A stretch of DNA of 64,000 nucleotides from an uncultured delta proteobacterium (GCA_963789265.1 CAWBKB010000005.1:416001-480000), one strand, 5' to 3'. Positions 8,882 to 20,977 are shown, counted from the stretch's first letter. Notes: generated by a model from the sequence alone, not told the origin. Numbers and translations are program-made.

Positions 8882-11562
8882 CCGATTCCGTCGCGAGGAC
8901 ATGACCCAGGAATTCCAGCAGCTTTTCTCTGTGGGCAGCATCTGTAACCGCCCCCAAGTATTTTCTTGATGCCCGGTATTCCAAGATGCCCATCTCAAAA
9001 AAACGAGTCAAGGCATTGCCCACGGTGATTGAAGACAGAGACGGCAAAGGGCGCTCATCATCAGGACCACGCAGATCCTGAGCGATTTTCATCATCTTCT
9101 TCATGACTATTTTTTGTGAGACACCGCCTTGCTCTCCGGTTTCTGCGGCTAGAAGCGCCAGATAGTATACCTCAAGCATATCCCACATAATTCCGCTCAA
9201 ACACTCCAACGGCTCTCGGTTCACAACGGAAATTTGGTCTTCAGCCTCTCGCCGCACCCATCCTTGGTCGAGGAACCAACCTAAAGTTTCTGTCCAACAC
9301 TGTATCGTCATCCGTTAAAGGATTAATTATCAGCTCCTTCGAGCATATTTGTCTCAGGAGTTGAAATTCTCCGCGTTTGCCCGGGTCAATATTCACAGGG
9401 CCGGCGCCACCCCGAGTCAAGAGTATCGAAAGAAGGGATGCGGACCAGAGATAATTGACCAGGGAATTCTTGTAGAATCCCAGGTTGGCTCTTTTTTGCT
9501 CCTCAATGAGATAAACGATTTCAGCGTCGGGTGCCGAGGAAGCCTCAACGGCCACAAATCCGCGGTTCCTGAACAGTTCGAGAGCTTTTTCCAAGGCAGC
9601 TTGCCGATCGGCAAGGCTTTCCGCAAATTCAAATCCGCCTCTTCCGAGTACTTCAGACAAGTATTCGACTGCCTTGAAAAAGTATCCTCGGCTCACTTTA
9701 TGCGATCCCATACAGACCAGTGCGGCTGCGGCCAGATCTATCGGCGTAACAACCCCCACGCGCACAATCCCGTGCGTAAGATAATACGCGAAATCGTGCA
9801 GCAACCTGCGGTTTTCTTTCAGGGATGTCTGGGCAGGGGCAGACCGTACGGCTCGTTCGCGGCAAAAGGCGCGAAACGAGACAGGCTCATGAAAGCGAAC
9901 GTAAACCTTGCCAAACTTCCGTTTGAGGATCTCTCGGGCACGGATCACCGACAGAAAGCTCTCCTTCTCTTTGTCCCGGCCTCGCAACTCTCGCAGATAA
10001 GCCTTTTCCTCGGGTACTTGATCGTAGCCGATGAAGGTGGGGACAAAGGTCAAGTCCTCGACAGCCTCCTCTTCAACAGCTTGCAACAGGAAAGCGAGCA
10101 TTCCCACCCTGGGGGGCATGAGTTTCCCGGTCCGACTTCTTCCCCCTTCAATATAGAAGTTAATGTTCACCTTCTCTCTTACCAGGGTCTTCACATACGC
10201 TGCGAACACATGGGTGTAAAGCCCCAGTCCCTTGAAAGAGCGTCTCAGAAAAAAGGCCCCTGCTTTGCGCAGCAGCGTGCCGACCGGCCAGAAAGAAAGG
10301 TTCTTGCCCGCGCCCATATAAGGAACAGCCATCTGGTTGACAAAGGTCAGGTATCCGATGAGCAGATAATCGAAATGGCTCTTATGCGAAGAGACAATGA
10401 TCAGAGATCCTTGTGCATTTATCCCTTTGAGGGTGGAAAAAGCAGAGGGCTTGAGATCTATCCCGTCGAAGACTTTGGAAAACAGCCATTTCAGGAGGTA
10501 GTAAAGAAAATGTAAAGCTTGAATATGCTGATCCGCAGCGATTTCTTCAATATAGGATTCTGCTTGTTTCCGAAGCTTCTTTTCCGTCGTGCCTTCTCCC
10601 GAAGCTTTTTCCGTGACCATCCCGTGAAGTCGGGGATCCTGAAGCACACGTTCCTTGATCTCGGTCCGAGACAACCTTTCAGGTCCTCGGCTCACCCTAA
10701 TCCTGTCATTAATTCTCTTTATGAGCTTTTGGCGAACATCGAATGGGATTTCTTCAAGGGATTTGCCCGAGCCGAACTCCTCGAATTCCCCTACAAGATT
10801 GATCGGCTCACCTACCATGAACTCAGGCACGGTCCACTTCCGGAAAGCGATCAAGAGCCGTTTCAGGGGACCCGGCCTGTCAGGGTCACCGAGGAAACTT
10901 TCCCAGAATGGGCGGATAGCGGGCCTGGGGGTTCTGTCATAAAGGATCGTCATGGGCACTAGCACGATGGGAGCTGCCATGCGCCCTTGGAGATCGACCA
11001 GGATCTGAATTGGGTCGAGGTCCGGATGGACGTATCGCGTGCGCGAGGTTTTCTCGTCCACCAGGAACATCACGCCCAACCCTTTTGCCTCAAGGATTTC
11101 CTTGACCACATTCTCGTCGACCGCGACAGGACGCCTGCGTTCATGTATAATTCCGGCGAGCCTCGCTTTCCAAACGCTTACAAATTTGCCCAGGGAGCCG
11201 GCGCTCCACGCGGACATCCCGAATACAAAGGCAGGTAACGGCAGTCCGAGTTCCACAAAACGCATTCTGAGGAATTGCAGATCGTAAACGCTTCGATATT
11301 TCAGAGCGTAGACGAGCAGGCCGTCTCGGGCAAGATCCTGAAGTCTCTGCACATCCAACGGGTCGATCCGGACGTTGGCCGAAAGAACGGAAACAAGTTT
11401 CCTCATTAGCCATGAGGGCTCTTCATCGAGAACCCCGGCAACATGGTGAAAGCGTCCGTTGTGAAGGAACAAGGGGACTACCCGGCTCATGGGGAACAGC
11501 GTGACCTCTCTTTGTTTATAGGTGATGCTCCGCGCCGGCATTGACAATCCCCGGCGATCCAC
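8856..11562 (-). CDS. plsB: Glycerol-3-phosphate acyltransferase (PlsB-like); +1 frameshift near 9288
   Basis: HKSHFD (HxxxxD), GAFFLRR and FYIEGGRSRTG motifs. ORFs 9241-11562 and 8856-9311 join on removal of one A (...VLDRTLGWF...). Confidence 0.85.
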
Positions 11563-11791
11563 ACCCTCTTTGGTGATTATCCGAGCATTACGTGACCCGG
11601 AATGGGCCTCAATTCCTTACCGACGGGACGCGCTCGCGGGCCGTCCCTTCTTGGAGATCAAGCTATCAAATCTATAGGCTCATGGGCAACCCGGTATTTT
11701 TTATTTCGGTGACTGAAAACGAGCTGCTTTCAAAAGAAAGGTTTTCTCGGAGTCGTTTTATGGTATATAGATAACTTCCTTACGTTACAGG

Positions 11792-12271
11792 ATGACGAGC
11801 ATGACGAAGCAAGCCACACAAAAGATAGCCCCTTTCGCCTTCCTGTTAGTTTTTGGGCTCCTCCGGGTAACCGCGGTGGCCGCGGACTATCTGGATTACT
11901 ACGAGCAAGGGGAATTCGCTCTGCGCGTCCAGAAGTGGGATCGGGCCATAGCTCTGTTCACAAAATCCATACAGGATAATCCGAAATTTTACGTAGCTTT
12001 CCACAACCGGGCAATAGCTTATTCCAAGAAAGGCCTATACGACAAGAGCATCGCGGATCTGACGAAGGCAATTCAGCTAAACCCCGACTACCCGGACGCG
12101 TACGGCCTCATGGGGATACTTTACGAGATTAAGAAAGATTATCCCTCAGCGTTGCGCGTATACGAACAAGCCCTGGCGCGTGAGAAACGACCCGAGGTAC
12201 AAAAAAACCCTTCGCAGATATATTACGGAGGTGAAGGCCAAGGTGCCGAAGAAATGAGTAGTTCCGGATAG
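11792..12271 (+). CDS. Secreted TPR protein; probable +1 frameshift in the A7 run near 12201, corrected stop at 12257
   Basis: Signal peptide and TPR repeats (AFHNRAIAYSKKG..DKSIADLTKAIQLNPD). Confidence 0.8.
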   Translation: MTSMTKQATQKIAPFAFLLVFGLLRVTAVAADYLDYYEQGEFALRVQKWDRAIALFTKSIQDNPKFYVAFHNRAIAYSKKGLYDKSIADLTKAIQLNPDYPDAYGLMGILYEIKKDYPSALRVYEQALAREKRPEVQKNPSQIYYGGEGQGAEEMSSSG

Positions 12272-12508
12272 GGAATCAGACCGGGCGATTCTAATAGGAT
12301 CAGGAATGGAGTAAAAAGTCCGGTCGGCATCGAGTAGGAGAGTGTTGACGGGGCAGGAAAGTCTCAGTTATCGAACAAGGGGCAGGTTTTTCAAGAAAAG
12401 GGAAACTTTTGCTTGTTGTTTTTGCTTCCTGCTAGTGATAACATTCAAAAGATTATACGATTTGCCCGGTTGCACCCCGGCAAATTTGAGATAAAGGAGG
12501 TCTTTCGT

Positions 12509-12826
12509 ATGCCTACGCTGGAGATCGAAGGTAAAACCTTTGAAGTTGATGAAGACGGGTTTCTCCAAGACCCCAACCTGTGGAACGAGGAAGTTGCGGC
12601 CCTTTTCGCCAAGACCGAAGGAATCCAGGAGATGACGGACGAGCACTGGAAAGTTGTCCATTACCTCAGAAATTATTACTTGGAATTCAACATCGCTCCC
12701 ATGATTCGGAAGGTCTGCAAGGACACCGGCTTCAAACTGAAGAAGATCTACGAACTGTTTCCCTCCGGGCCGGCTAAGGGAGCTTGTAAGGTGGCGGGGC
12801 TACCGAAGCCTACAGGTTGCGTTTAA
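12509..12826 (+). CDS. dsrC: Dissimilatory sulfite reductase co-substrate DsrC (TusE/DsrC family)
   Basis: 105 aa, VDEDGFL...ELFPSGPAKGACKVAGLPKPTGCV with both C-terminal cysteines; AAGGAGG RBS. Confidence 0.92.
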   Translation: MPTLEIEGKTFEVDEDGFLQDPNLWNEEVAALFAKTEGIQEMTDEHWKVVHYLRNYYLEFNIAPMIRKVCKDTGFKLKKIYELFPSGPAKGACKVAGLPKPTGCV

Positions 12827-13214
12827 TTCCATACCGCATCCCCGGGAGGTCCGGTCTGATTCTGCCGTCCTTGCACAGCCTTCGGCCTTTACCTCCTGGG
12901 GGTGCATAACATCTCTAGTCCAACTGTGCCCTTCAAGGGATCGGTTTGCGAGTCAACGCCCTGAGCTTGTGAAATGTGGCTCGCCGATCCTCCCGAAGGG
13001 AGTAGTCTATTCGGAAGGGCCTGGTCAAACACTGATAGGCCATGCGCCTTCTTTAGCGTAGGATCGAATGAGTGGGGGGCAAAAGGACTGGATAGATTCA
13101 CGCCTTAGAGGTTTGATGCTGCTCGAGCCAAGCCGGATGATGCGTCATACCTTGAAAACCACCCATCAAAAGCAAAAAACCGCGTAAAGGGGTTTGATCC
13201 AAACTTCAGAGTTC

Positions 13215-13721
13215 CTATTTCGCAAAAAGAGCAGCAAGGCCGTGGGGCCCGCCGACTCTGCGCTTCATATTCATGGCTGCCTGTTTCTGCTTCTGACGTG
13301 CCTGGAAAGCTGCTAACTCCATTTGGGCATCCGCGGCCAGCCGATTCGCCCTGGCGGTCAAGCTCACGAGCTGCCTCTGCAACGCTAGCAGAGTTCGCGT
13401 GCAGTTGGTGATGTCAAGAGACGGGACTATATTGACATTGCCTTGAACGTCACGAAGAACCTCAGGCTTGGTGGCATTGGAGATGCACTGCTGAGCGACT
13501 CGAATCTGACTGTTCACGGCCGCAATTTGCTGGTTGACAATGTTTTCCCTGATTCGAACAGCACTAGGGATTCCTATCGAAGGAACAGCAGGTCTTGCCG
13601 ACGCACCGGGCCCTGCCGGGGGCGCTAAGGAGGGTATCGTTTGCTGCCCCGCTGCCGGCAAAACAAGACATAGGGCCAAAAGCCCGAGAATGCACAATGG
13701 TTTCAGAATTGGCGTCATCAT
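13215..13721 (-). CDS. Hypothetical secreted protein
   Basis: Signal-peptide-like N-terminus, Pro/Ala linker and helical C-terminus; follows TolC on the same strand. Confidence 0.55.
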   Translation of the reverse strand: MMTPILKPLCILGLLALCLVLPAAGQQTIPSLAPPAGPGASARPAVPSIGIPSAVRIRENIVNQQIAAVNSQIRVAQQCISNATKPEVLRDVQGNVNIVPSLDITNCTRTLLALQRQLVSLTARANRLAADAQMELAAFQARQKQKQAAMNMKRRVGGPHGLAALFAK

Positions 13722-13826
13722 AATTCCTCTCGATAAAGCGATTCTCGACTTCGTCCCGGTCAAACCGGAACGGCAGCCTTGGCACATCCTTAACGATTCA
13801 AGCAGTGCCGGGATTCAGTTGCGGCA

Positions 13827-15258
13827 TTATTTCAAGATGCCCATTCTCCTCTCGAGCACGGCTTTGTTGATTTTGTAGCCGACAAGAGATGTGTAGTAAT
13901 TCCCCTCAGCCAACGACAACTGTCTCTGGGCGTCCAGTACCTCTATGTACGTAGCTACCTGCTCCTTATATCTTTCCTGGTTGATACGAAAATTTTCCTT
14001 GTTGTAGTCCACGGACGCACGGTTGTTTGCAATGTCGCTTTCCGAGCGTTTCATGTCCACGTACGCTTGCTTCACCTCTTCCATTACTTGTTCGACAAGT
14101 TGCTCCCTGGCGATGAATGCTCTGGCTTCGGTTGCTCGGCGCTCTTTGACGGTTTCGCGTGAACGGAACATATCAAAAGCCCAGGTGAACAGCCCTTGCA
14201 GTTGCCAGTCATTTACTCCCTCCGGGTCGAATGGGTTCCAGTCGTCATTAATCCGGGTTCCCTGAACCTGGACCGAGACGGAAGGTAGCAGGTCGGCTTT
14301 GGCGGACCTTATCAGTGCAAGGGCCTGATCCACAGAGATGTTCGCCTGGCGAATTTCGAGCCTGTTTCCCGCGGCCGTGGCATAAATCTCGGGGATGCGG
14401 TATGGGTTTGGACGATAAGCGATGTCTTGAATGACATCAATTGGGGCCTCTTGAGGATAGCGGAGGAGAAAGCAGAGGCTGGCCTTGGCTTGTTCAATGT
14501 CCGAAAGTGCCTGAGTCTTCTGGACGTGGGCTTGAGCCAACTGTCCCTCTGTGGAGAGAACGTCAACTTTGGCCACGACCCCGGCCTTATAGAATTCCAC
14601 AGACTGGTTTCGCACTGCTTCCAGAGCACGAATTGCCGAGTCCGCTACCTCAAGCTCTTTTTCACCCTGTATTAACTGGTAGTAGGCCTCAGTAGTGTCA
14701 AGAATCAGGTCCTGGCGGTCAACATCGTACTGAATCGCCTGATAGTTTACGCCAAGCTGAGCGTATTTGTAATCGTTCAACAATTTCCCGCCGGTGAACA
14801 GAGGCTGGGACATGGTGGCGGTGAGGGTAAAGTTTCTGTACGGGTCTATCCTATAAGGATAGGTACGGAAAGAGCCCTGCCCCAGGTCCACCAAACGGAT
14901 TACCTCTTTCGGTCCATCGAGCGTTTTGCTGTCCGGTCAACTCTCCTATGAATCCAGAGTTCATATACCTGTCCGCTGTCGCGGTGTATTGAAGACTAAT
15001 GGAAGGAAAGAAATCTGAAAATGCCTCGCGACGCTGATGTTCCCTTTCTCGAACCGAGAGCCGGGAGTCAGCCATGCGCAGGTTTCTCGCCACAGCTATT
15101 GCAACAACCTGAGGCAAGGATAGCCGGGCATTCCTCTTGTGCGATGCGTGGTTTGCGCCTCCGGCCAGGGTCACGTTCGCCAGAGGAGGTGCCGTCACCA
15201 GCGCAATCCCCATGACCAAGGCAAAAAACCAACCCACCGAGGGCTTGTACCAATCCAT
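13827..15258 (-). CDS. TolC family outer-membrane efflux protein; +1 frameshift at ~14860-14900
   Basis: Signal peptide plus OEP repeats (QPLFTGG, FYKAGVVAKVDVL, ERYKEQVATYIEVLDAQRQL) split over two ORFs. Confidence 0.85.
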
Positions 15259-15335
15259 ACCCCCTTCTCCTCACTAAAACGAAAACCTCAGCCCGACAAG
15301 CAGCCGGGCGATAACAAAGAAGTGACGGCCTGATA

Positions 15336-16559
15336 TTAGACCATCATTCTCGCGAATACCTTGGCGTCTCCAACCAGATTCTCGACGGAAATCTTTTCGT
15401 TGGGCGCGTGCGCCAGGTGCAGGAGCTTCTCCCATACGGCAGCCGGGAGTCCCCGCTTGCGAAAAAACGTTGCAACCGTCTGTCCCCCGATACCTTGAGG
15501 TCGAGCCTGCACGCCGTAAACCTCTTGAATTGCCCGGGCAAGCGCCACCACCACCGGGGCATCAGGAGGAGTGGCATTGGGGGCCTCGCTTCTCAGGAAT
15601 TCTTCCACCAGAATCTGAACATCGAATCGAACCGCTATGCCATCGGCAGCTTTTTTCATTTCTTGTATGACGAGATCCAATTCGGTTTCCGGCAGAACCC
15701 GGCAATCAAAGTAGAAGATGTCTTCTCCTGGAATCGTGTTTATATTTGGGACGTTCGCATCTTTTCTGGTCGGCTCGAAGGTACTGAACGGGGGATTAAA
15801 AAACGGATTTTTCTCATTGAACCTGGCACCTAGTGCTTGATCGAGTTCCACTATCAAATGCGCAGTCGCCCTGAGCGTATTGCGACCGAGATCCGGCCGG
15901 CTGCCGTGAGCCTGTTTCCCTTTCACGGTAAAGCGGATATGGAGCAAGTGCTTCTCGGCGACCTCGATATTGTCACCGTCCTTGTTGCCCGCGTCAGGGA
16001 CGATAATCAGATCGTCAGGCTTGAACAGGTCAGGCCTCTTTTGCAAAACATAATCCAGACCATAATGACTGCCTGTCTCTTCGTCGGATACCAGTGCCAG
16101 GCCAATATTTAAACCGAATCCACAGGTTTCCTTTACGGCCCGAGCTGCAAAAATACTGGCCGCAAGGGCCTGACCGTTGTCTTCCACCCCTCGTCCAAAA
16201 AGAAAGCCGTTTTCCAGGTGAGGCTTAAACGGATCATGATCCCAAAGCTTCATCTCTCCTGGGGGGACTACATCGATGTGTGTCAGTACCCATAGCGTTC
16301 GCGATGGATCTTTACCGTTGAAGACCACCAACAGGTTGGGCCTCACGCCGGAGGCAACCCGTCCATCAGGGGCGTGTATCTCTTCAACTCGGTCGGGGCC
16401 CAGGGCCAGAACCGTTTCACGAACTGCCAGATACTTCTCCATCTCGCCTGTTCCTGCATTCTCCGGTCCCAGGGCCGGGATCGAGCAGATGCGGACGAGG
16501 AACTCGATACATTGATCTGTCAGTTCGTCAATTCTGCGCGCGGCATCTGGGAATCCCAC
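15336..16559 (-). CDS. M20 family metallohydrolase (DapE/ArgE-like)
   Basis: HIDVVPPG, GRGVEDN, DEETGS, AHGSRP, HAPNE motifs. Confidence 0.9.
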   Translation of the reverse strand: MGFPDAARRIDELTDQCIEFLVRICSIPALGPENAGTGEMEKYLAVRETVLALGPDRVEEIHAPDGRVASGVRPNLLVVFNGKDPSRTLWVLTHIDVVPPGEMKLWDHDPFKPHLENGFLFGRGVEDNGQALAASIFAARAVKETCGFGLNIGLALVSDEETGSHYGLDYVLQKRPDLFKPDDLIIVPDAGNKDGDNIEVAEKHLLHIRFTVKGKQAHGSRPDLGRNTLRATAHLIVELDQALGARFNEKNPFFNPPFSTFEPTRKDANVPNINTIPGEDIFYFDCRVLPETELDLVIQEMKKAADGIAVRFDVQILVEEFLRSEAPNATPPDAPVVVALARAIQEVYGVQARPQGIGGQTVATFFRKRGLPAAVWEKLLHLAHAPNEKISVENLVGDAKVFARMMV

Positions 16560-16738
16560 CGTTCCTCCAAGTGCAGGACTAAGAAGTCAAAATGAAGGCG
16601 ATACACTACGAAACTCGCATGTTACGGGAACTGAGCGATAGCTGTCAAGCTAGAAAAGACGAAGGGCTGGATCAGTGCATTTCTGCCCACTTATACCGAT
16701 TCACCGTCAAAGACGGTGACAATCCTAGACAGGATATG

Positions 16739-16797
16739 GAGGTGATCCCGAGCGGAACGCGGGACTGCCTGTCCCACGTTCCGCTCGGGATCACCTC
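16739..16797. repeat. Long intergenic inverted repeat (27-bp arms, 5-nt loop, 1 mismatch)
   Basis: GAGGTGATCCCGAGCGGAACGCGGGAC-TGCCT-GTCCCACGTTCCGCTCGGGATCACCTC. Confidence 0.9.
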
Positions 16798-16815
16798 GGA
16801 CTCCGATCCGGAGAC

Positions 16816-16923
16816 TGTAGGGGCGACCGGCGGGTCACCTAGGGCGAATGCCATTCGCCCCTACAGATGCCCGCGTACGCGGGCACGACGACATGTAAAG
16901 GCGGGTTTGAAACCCGCCCCTAC
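16816..16923. repeat. Cluster of GTAG-type REP-like palindromes
   Basis: TGTAGGGGCGA...TCGCCCCTACA, GCCCGCGTACGCGGGC, GGCGGGTTTGAAACCCGCCCCTAC; homologous to 49710-49959. Confidence 0.75.
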
Positions 16924-17052
16924 TCGGTGTGACTTGCTTGAAAGCGAATCGGTATTAGCCGGGAGTTCACGGAAGGCCGTTGACGGATCGGCCCCAATGC
17001 CTGGTACCATGCATCCGGAAAATGGAACCGGGAACTTTATGATGGTTTCTTT

Positions 17053-18226
17053 TCAGGCGGGATAGAGCAGAAATCGAGATCGCTTCTTCACAAACTTTGC
17101 GATGTCGGCCTGCCATTCCTTTTCCATGTCCGGCACGGGACGGCCCTGTTCGAGGTCGACGCGTACCTCGGGGATCTCCGAGAATTACGTCTACGGGCGC
17201 CTTGTCGAGAACATACTCGTAAGGGGGATCGGACCATCTGAAATGTTCGGGATAAAGCCTTATAAGCGAGGAGAGTATGGCTAGGGTGGCTCTATACGGC
17301 CGGAAGACATTCCGATCAGTGACGTGAATTTGAAAGCCGCGACAAAGTTGTCCCTCCCATTTATTAAATGTGGGCCTGAAATTAACTTCACGTAGAACAG
17401 CTCCGTCTAACGCTCCATTTTCCAGTGTGTCCAGGACGCGCCCGGGTTCCAGGTAAGGGGACCCGAAGATTTCGAAGGGTTGGGTAGTGCCTCGCCCTTC
17501 CGACAAATTCGTCCCTTCAAGGATGACTTGACCGGGATAGACCACCGCGGTTTCTACGAGGGGCATGTTCGGCGAAGGGAGCACCCACGACAGACCCGTC
17601 TCCTCGAAATATGCCGTGCGCTTCCAGCCGATCATGGAAACGACTTGCAGTTGGGCTCCGATGCCGTATTCTTCGTTGTACAGCGTCATGAGTTCGCCTA
17701 AAGTCAGGCCGTGTCGCATCGGGATAGGAAACGGGCCTACGAAACTGGAATATGCCGGATTCAGGAGATTGCCCTCGACCTCCAAACCATTCACAGGATT
17801 CGGACGGTCCAGGATTACCACTTTTTTGGCCCCTTGCGCGCAGGTCTTCATCAAATAAACGACAGTGGTGGCAAAAGTGTATACTCTCGCACCTACATCC
17901 TGGAGGTCAACGAGGACCGTGTCTACGTCCCCAAGCATTTCCGGAACGGGCTTTCGCAATTCCGAATAAAGGCTGTAAATTGGGATTTCCAGTCGCGGGT
18001 GAGTTCCATGTGGGCTCTCACGCATATTGTCCTGTTCGGTGCATTCGACTCCATGCTGAGGCCCGAAAAGAGCAACCAACCTGCGCGGAAAAGCTCTGTT
18101 TATCAGGTCAGGAGCTGACTTGAGGTGGGAGTCAACCGAAGCCTGGTTGTAAAGGAGTCCCAGCCTCCCCGCCCCCGCAAGCAGCGCCGGTTCGCTCAGG
18201 ACCCTTTCCAATCCCGTAATTGTCAT
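17053..18226 (-). CDS. DUF1343/NamZ family exo-beta-N-acetylmuramidase; +1 frameshift in a C run near 17172
   Basis: LFGPQHG, DLQDVGARVYTF, LDRPNP, RHGLTLGEL, NLSEGRGTTQPFE. The corrected C-terminus ...GDPEVRVDLEQG...KRSRFLLYPA ends at 17053. Confidence 0.85.
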
Positions 18227-18244
18227 GGGCAGCGCCTGCTCATA

Positions 18245-18667
18245 CTATTGCCATTTCCCACCCCTGCCCCTATGCATATCTATGGTGCTGTCCCATCGTC
18301 TTACAAAAACAGTAGTTTCACCGCCGCCGCCGGCAACAAGGGAACTCATGATCCAGGAAACAAGGCTCACTACGATCGAAGCAAAGAACGCAGACCAAAA
18401 AGAAGCCACGTGTAAGCCCGAAACCAGCGCTCCTGCCAATTCAAACATCAGTGCATTGATGACGAGAATAAACAGCCCGAGCGTCAGGATTGTCAGCGGG
18501 AGAGTCAGAACAAAAAGGATAGGCCTTATCAGGGCATTGAGAATACCCAGGATGACCGCCGCCCAAAGGGCTGTCCATACGCTATCTACTCGCACTCCCG
18601 ATATCAGATACGGGACTATCAGAATGGCCACCGTAGTAATGAGCCAACGAATGAGTATTCCGGCCAT
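18245..18667 (-). CDS. YvlD/4-TMS phage-holin-like membrane protein
   Basis: LGILNALIRPIL..LTLPLTILTLGLFILVINALM signature. Confidence 0.85.
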   Translation of the reverse strand: MAGILIRWLITTVAILIVPYLISGVRVDSVWTALWAAVILGILNALIRPILFVLTLPLTILTLGLFILVINALMFELAGALVSGLHVASFWSAFFASIVVSLVSWIMSSLVAGGGGETTVFVRRWDSTIDMHRGRGGKWQ

Positions 18668-18746
18668 CGGTTCTGCTCCCCCTGGGTGATGGCTTCCAGG
18701 TGTATCCCCGCAATTGTAATTCTCCAACCTGCACGCGCATAGGTAT

Positions 18747-19505
18747 TTACTTTTCCACTGTCTCCTGTTCCTTCTTCATGAAAGGCGTTAGCAAGTCGAT
18801 AGGAACCGGAAAGATGGTAGTTGAATTCTTTTCAGCCGACACCTCGACCAGAGTCTGGAGGAAGCGCAACTGCAACGCAATGGGCTCTTTGGCCATAATT
18901 TGCGCTGCCTCGGTCAGACGCGCAGAGGCCTGGTACTCACCTTCCGCGTTGATAACTTTGCCGCGGCGATCCCTTTCAGCTTCTGCCTGGCGAGCTATTG
19001 CCCTCTGCATGTCAGATGGCAAGTCTATCTGCTTGACTTCCACCATGGTCACTTTTACGCCCCAAGGCTCAGTGTGGCTGTCGAGTATTTCCTGGATTTG
19101 CATGTTAATTTTGTCCCGTGCGGCCAGCAATTCGTCCAGTTCCGATTGCCCGCAAACGCTTCTCAGAGTAGTCTGTGATAGCTGGGATGTGGCGTAAAGA
19201 TAATTCTCAACTTCGATGACCGCTTTGGTCGGATCCATTACCCTGAAATAGATGACTGCACTCACCTTTACGGAAACGTTGTCCCGCGTGATAACATCTT
19301 GTGGGGGCACATCCATGGCTACGATGCGGAGGCTCACGCGGACCATGCGGTCGACAATCGGGATCAAAATTATTATGCCGGGGCCCTTGTGATCGATGAT
19401 TCTCCCGAGGCGAAAGATCACCCCTCGTTCGTACTCGTTAAGTATCTTGATGGCCATGAAAAGGAACATAAGTATCAGAAAAATTACAATTGCAAGACCT
19501 AACAT
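18747..19505 (-). CDS. SPFH/band-7 (slipin) family protein
   Basis: [44 protein letters not shown]. Confidence 0.92.
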   Translation of the reverse strand: MLGLAIVIFLILMFLFMAIKILNEYERGVIFRLGRIIDHKGPGIIILIPIVDRMVRVSLRIVAMDVPPQDVITRDNVSVKVSAVIYFRVMDPTKAVIEVENYLYATSQLSQTTLRSVCGQSELDELLAARDKINMQIQEILDSHTEPWGVKVTMVEVKQIDLPSDMQRAIARQAEAERDRRGKVINAEGEYQASARLTEAAQIMAKEPIALQLRFLQTLVEVSAEKNSTTIFPVPIDLLTPFMKKEQETVEK

Positions 19506-19814
19506 CGGGATCCTCCTTCATGAAACCGAGCGGAATTGTTGTTCAAAACCCCTCTTTTGTAAGCCTGGCTACGTCGGGTATGGATCGGCACATGTAAACC
19601 GCAGTTAGTTTATCATGAACCAAGAGACGATTTACGTCAACGTTTATATAGATCTTGGCATATAACGGTCTCTATGTCTGAAAAAGCTTGAGTTTCCGTG
19701 TCCCGAGGCAGGCCTGCTGCCGGCGTGAGGCGTTTGCCTTCAACACTGCGGACCATCCGTCGCCAAAGGGTGCTTGCATACCGTACATTTATGCGGTCAG
19801 GGCCGAAATGCGTC

Positions 19815-20276
19815 TCACCCTCCCGCATCCCGGGTTACCACTAACGACAGGCGGTCCACACGGATTACTCTGACCTTTTCCCCTTTGGGGACGAGTCTGT
19901 CCGACCGGGCATTCCAGCACTCGCCCTGGACTCTCACTTTCCCTTGATCATCCAGGTCGGTCAAAGCGACGCCCACCTTTCCGATAAGGCCATGTTCCCC
20001 GGTTCTCGGCTGTTTGAGCCATGCTCTGACCACAAGGCTGAGCACCAAAATGAAAAAGGCCGAGACAGTAGTCACTACAGGTACAATTACCGACCACGAC
20101 ACACGCATTGCTGCCTCTCCGGTTTCAAAAAGTACGGTCCCGTCCACATCCAGCAAGTAGGCGACAGCTCGGCTGTTTTGCTTTTGGGCACCCAAAACGC
20201 CTTGCTGCCCGTAAATTAAAAACAGTAGCCCGCACAAAAAGATGAGGGCAAATGCAGCGAGTCTCCTCGAATTCAT
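19815..20276 (-). CDS. NfeD family protein, short or internally deleted
   Basis: C-terminal OB domain (TGEHGLIGKVG...GKVRVQGECWNA...KGEKVRV) directly upstream of the SPFH gene; ATGA overlap with the udg stop. Confidence 0.75.
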   Translation of the reverse strand: MNSRRLAAFALIFLCGLLFLIYGQQGVLGAQKQNSRAVAYLLDVDGTVLFETGEAAMRVSWSVIVPVVTTVSAFFILVLSLVVRAWLKQPRTGEHGLIGKVGVALTDLDDQGKVRVQGECWNARSDRLVPKGEKVRVIRVDRLSLVVTRDAGG

Positions 20277-20977
20277 GGGCTGTCTCCGGACGCCGACTTC
20301 GGGAGGGCCAGGAGAGCCATTACCTTTTTGAGGTCGGCCCAAGCTTCGGCCTTGTAGCGCTTGTCCGGTTCCGACCTCAAAAGAAATGAAGGATGGTAAG
20401 TGGGCATAACCGGTATCCCGTCCCTGTCCCGGAATTCCCCTCGCAGATTTGTCATCGAATCCTTTATTCCAAGGATTGTGCAGGCAGCTACCCTCCCCAA
20501 CGCCACTATAACTTCCGGAGCCACTGAGTTAATCTGGCGTTCGAGAAAGGGAAAGCACGTCCGGATTTCGAGAGGTTGCGGGTCCCGGTTCTCCGGGGGA
20601 CGACATTTCACAATATTGGCGATGTAGACATCCGCGCGATCCAGGCCCATGGCTTGAATCATCCTGGTCAACAACTGGCCGGCCCGTCCGACGAAAGGTC
20701 TCCCCTGCCGATCCTCATCCGCGCCCGGTCCTTCACCGATGAACATCAGCCGAGCGTGTGGATTTCCTTCTCCGAATACAATATTGCGCCTTGCTTTGTG
20801 AAGTGGGCACCGCGTACATTCTCCAAGTTCGGACCGCACCGCTTCCAGAGAGGTATCACTTATTATCGTACCCGGCTTCTCAAGGAGCATGACCTCTCTG
20901 AACCCAAGATTTACCTGATATTCCAGGTAGTTTCTTGCTCTTTCAATCCAGTCTCGGGATTCGTCGGTCGTTGTCAT
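20273..20977 (-). CDS. Family-4 uracil-DNA glycosylase (4Fe-4S)
   Basis: [37 protein letters not shown]. Confidence 0.92.
   Translation of the reverse strand: MTTTDESRDWIERARNYLEYQVNLGFREVMLLEKPGTIISDTSLEAVRSELGECTRCPLHKARRNIVFGEGNPHARLMFIGEGPGADEDRQGRPFVGRAGQLLTRMIQAMGLDRADVYIANIVKCRPPENRDPQPLEIRTCFPFLERQINSVAPEVIVALGRVAACTILGIKDSMTNLRGEFRDRDGIPVMPTYHPSFLLRSEPDKRYKAEAWADLKKVMALLALPKSASGDSP

Noticed and set aside
9349..10962. Long + strand ORFs of 388 aa and 147 aa
   Set aside because: Antisense shadows of plsB with no recognisable motifs. The same applies to most short overlapping ORFs in the track.
18245..18667. Holin as evidence of a prophage
   Set aside because: It is a YvlD-type membrane protein in a housekeeping gene run, with no phage genes nearby.
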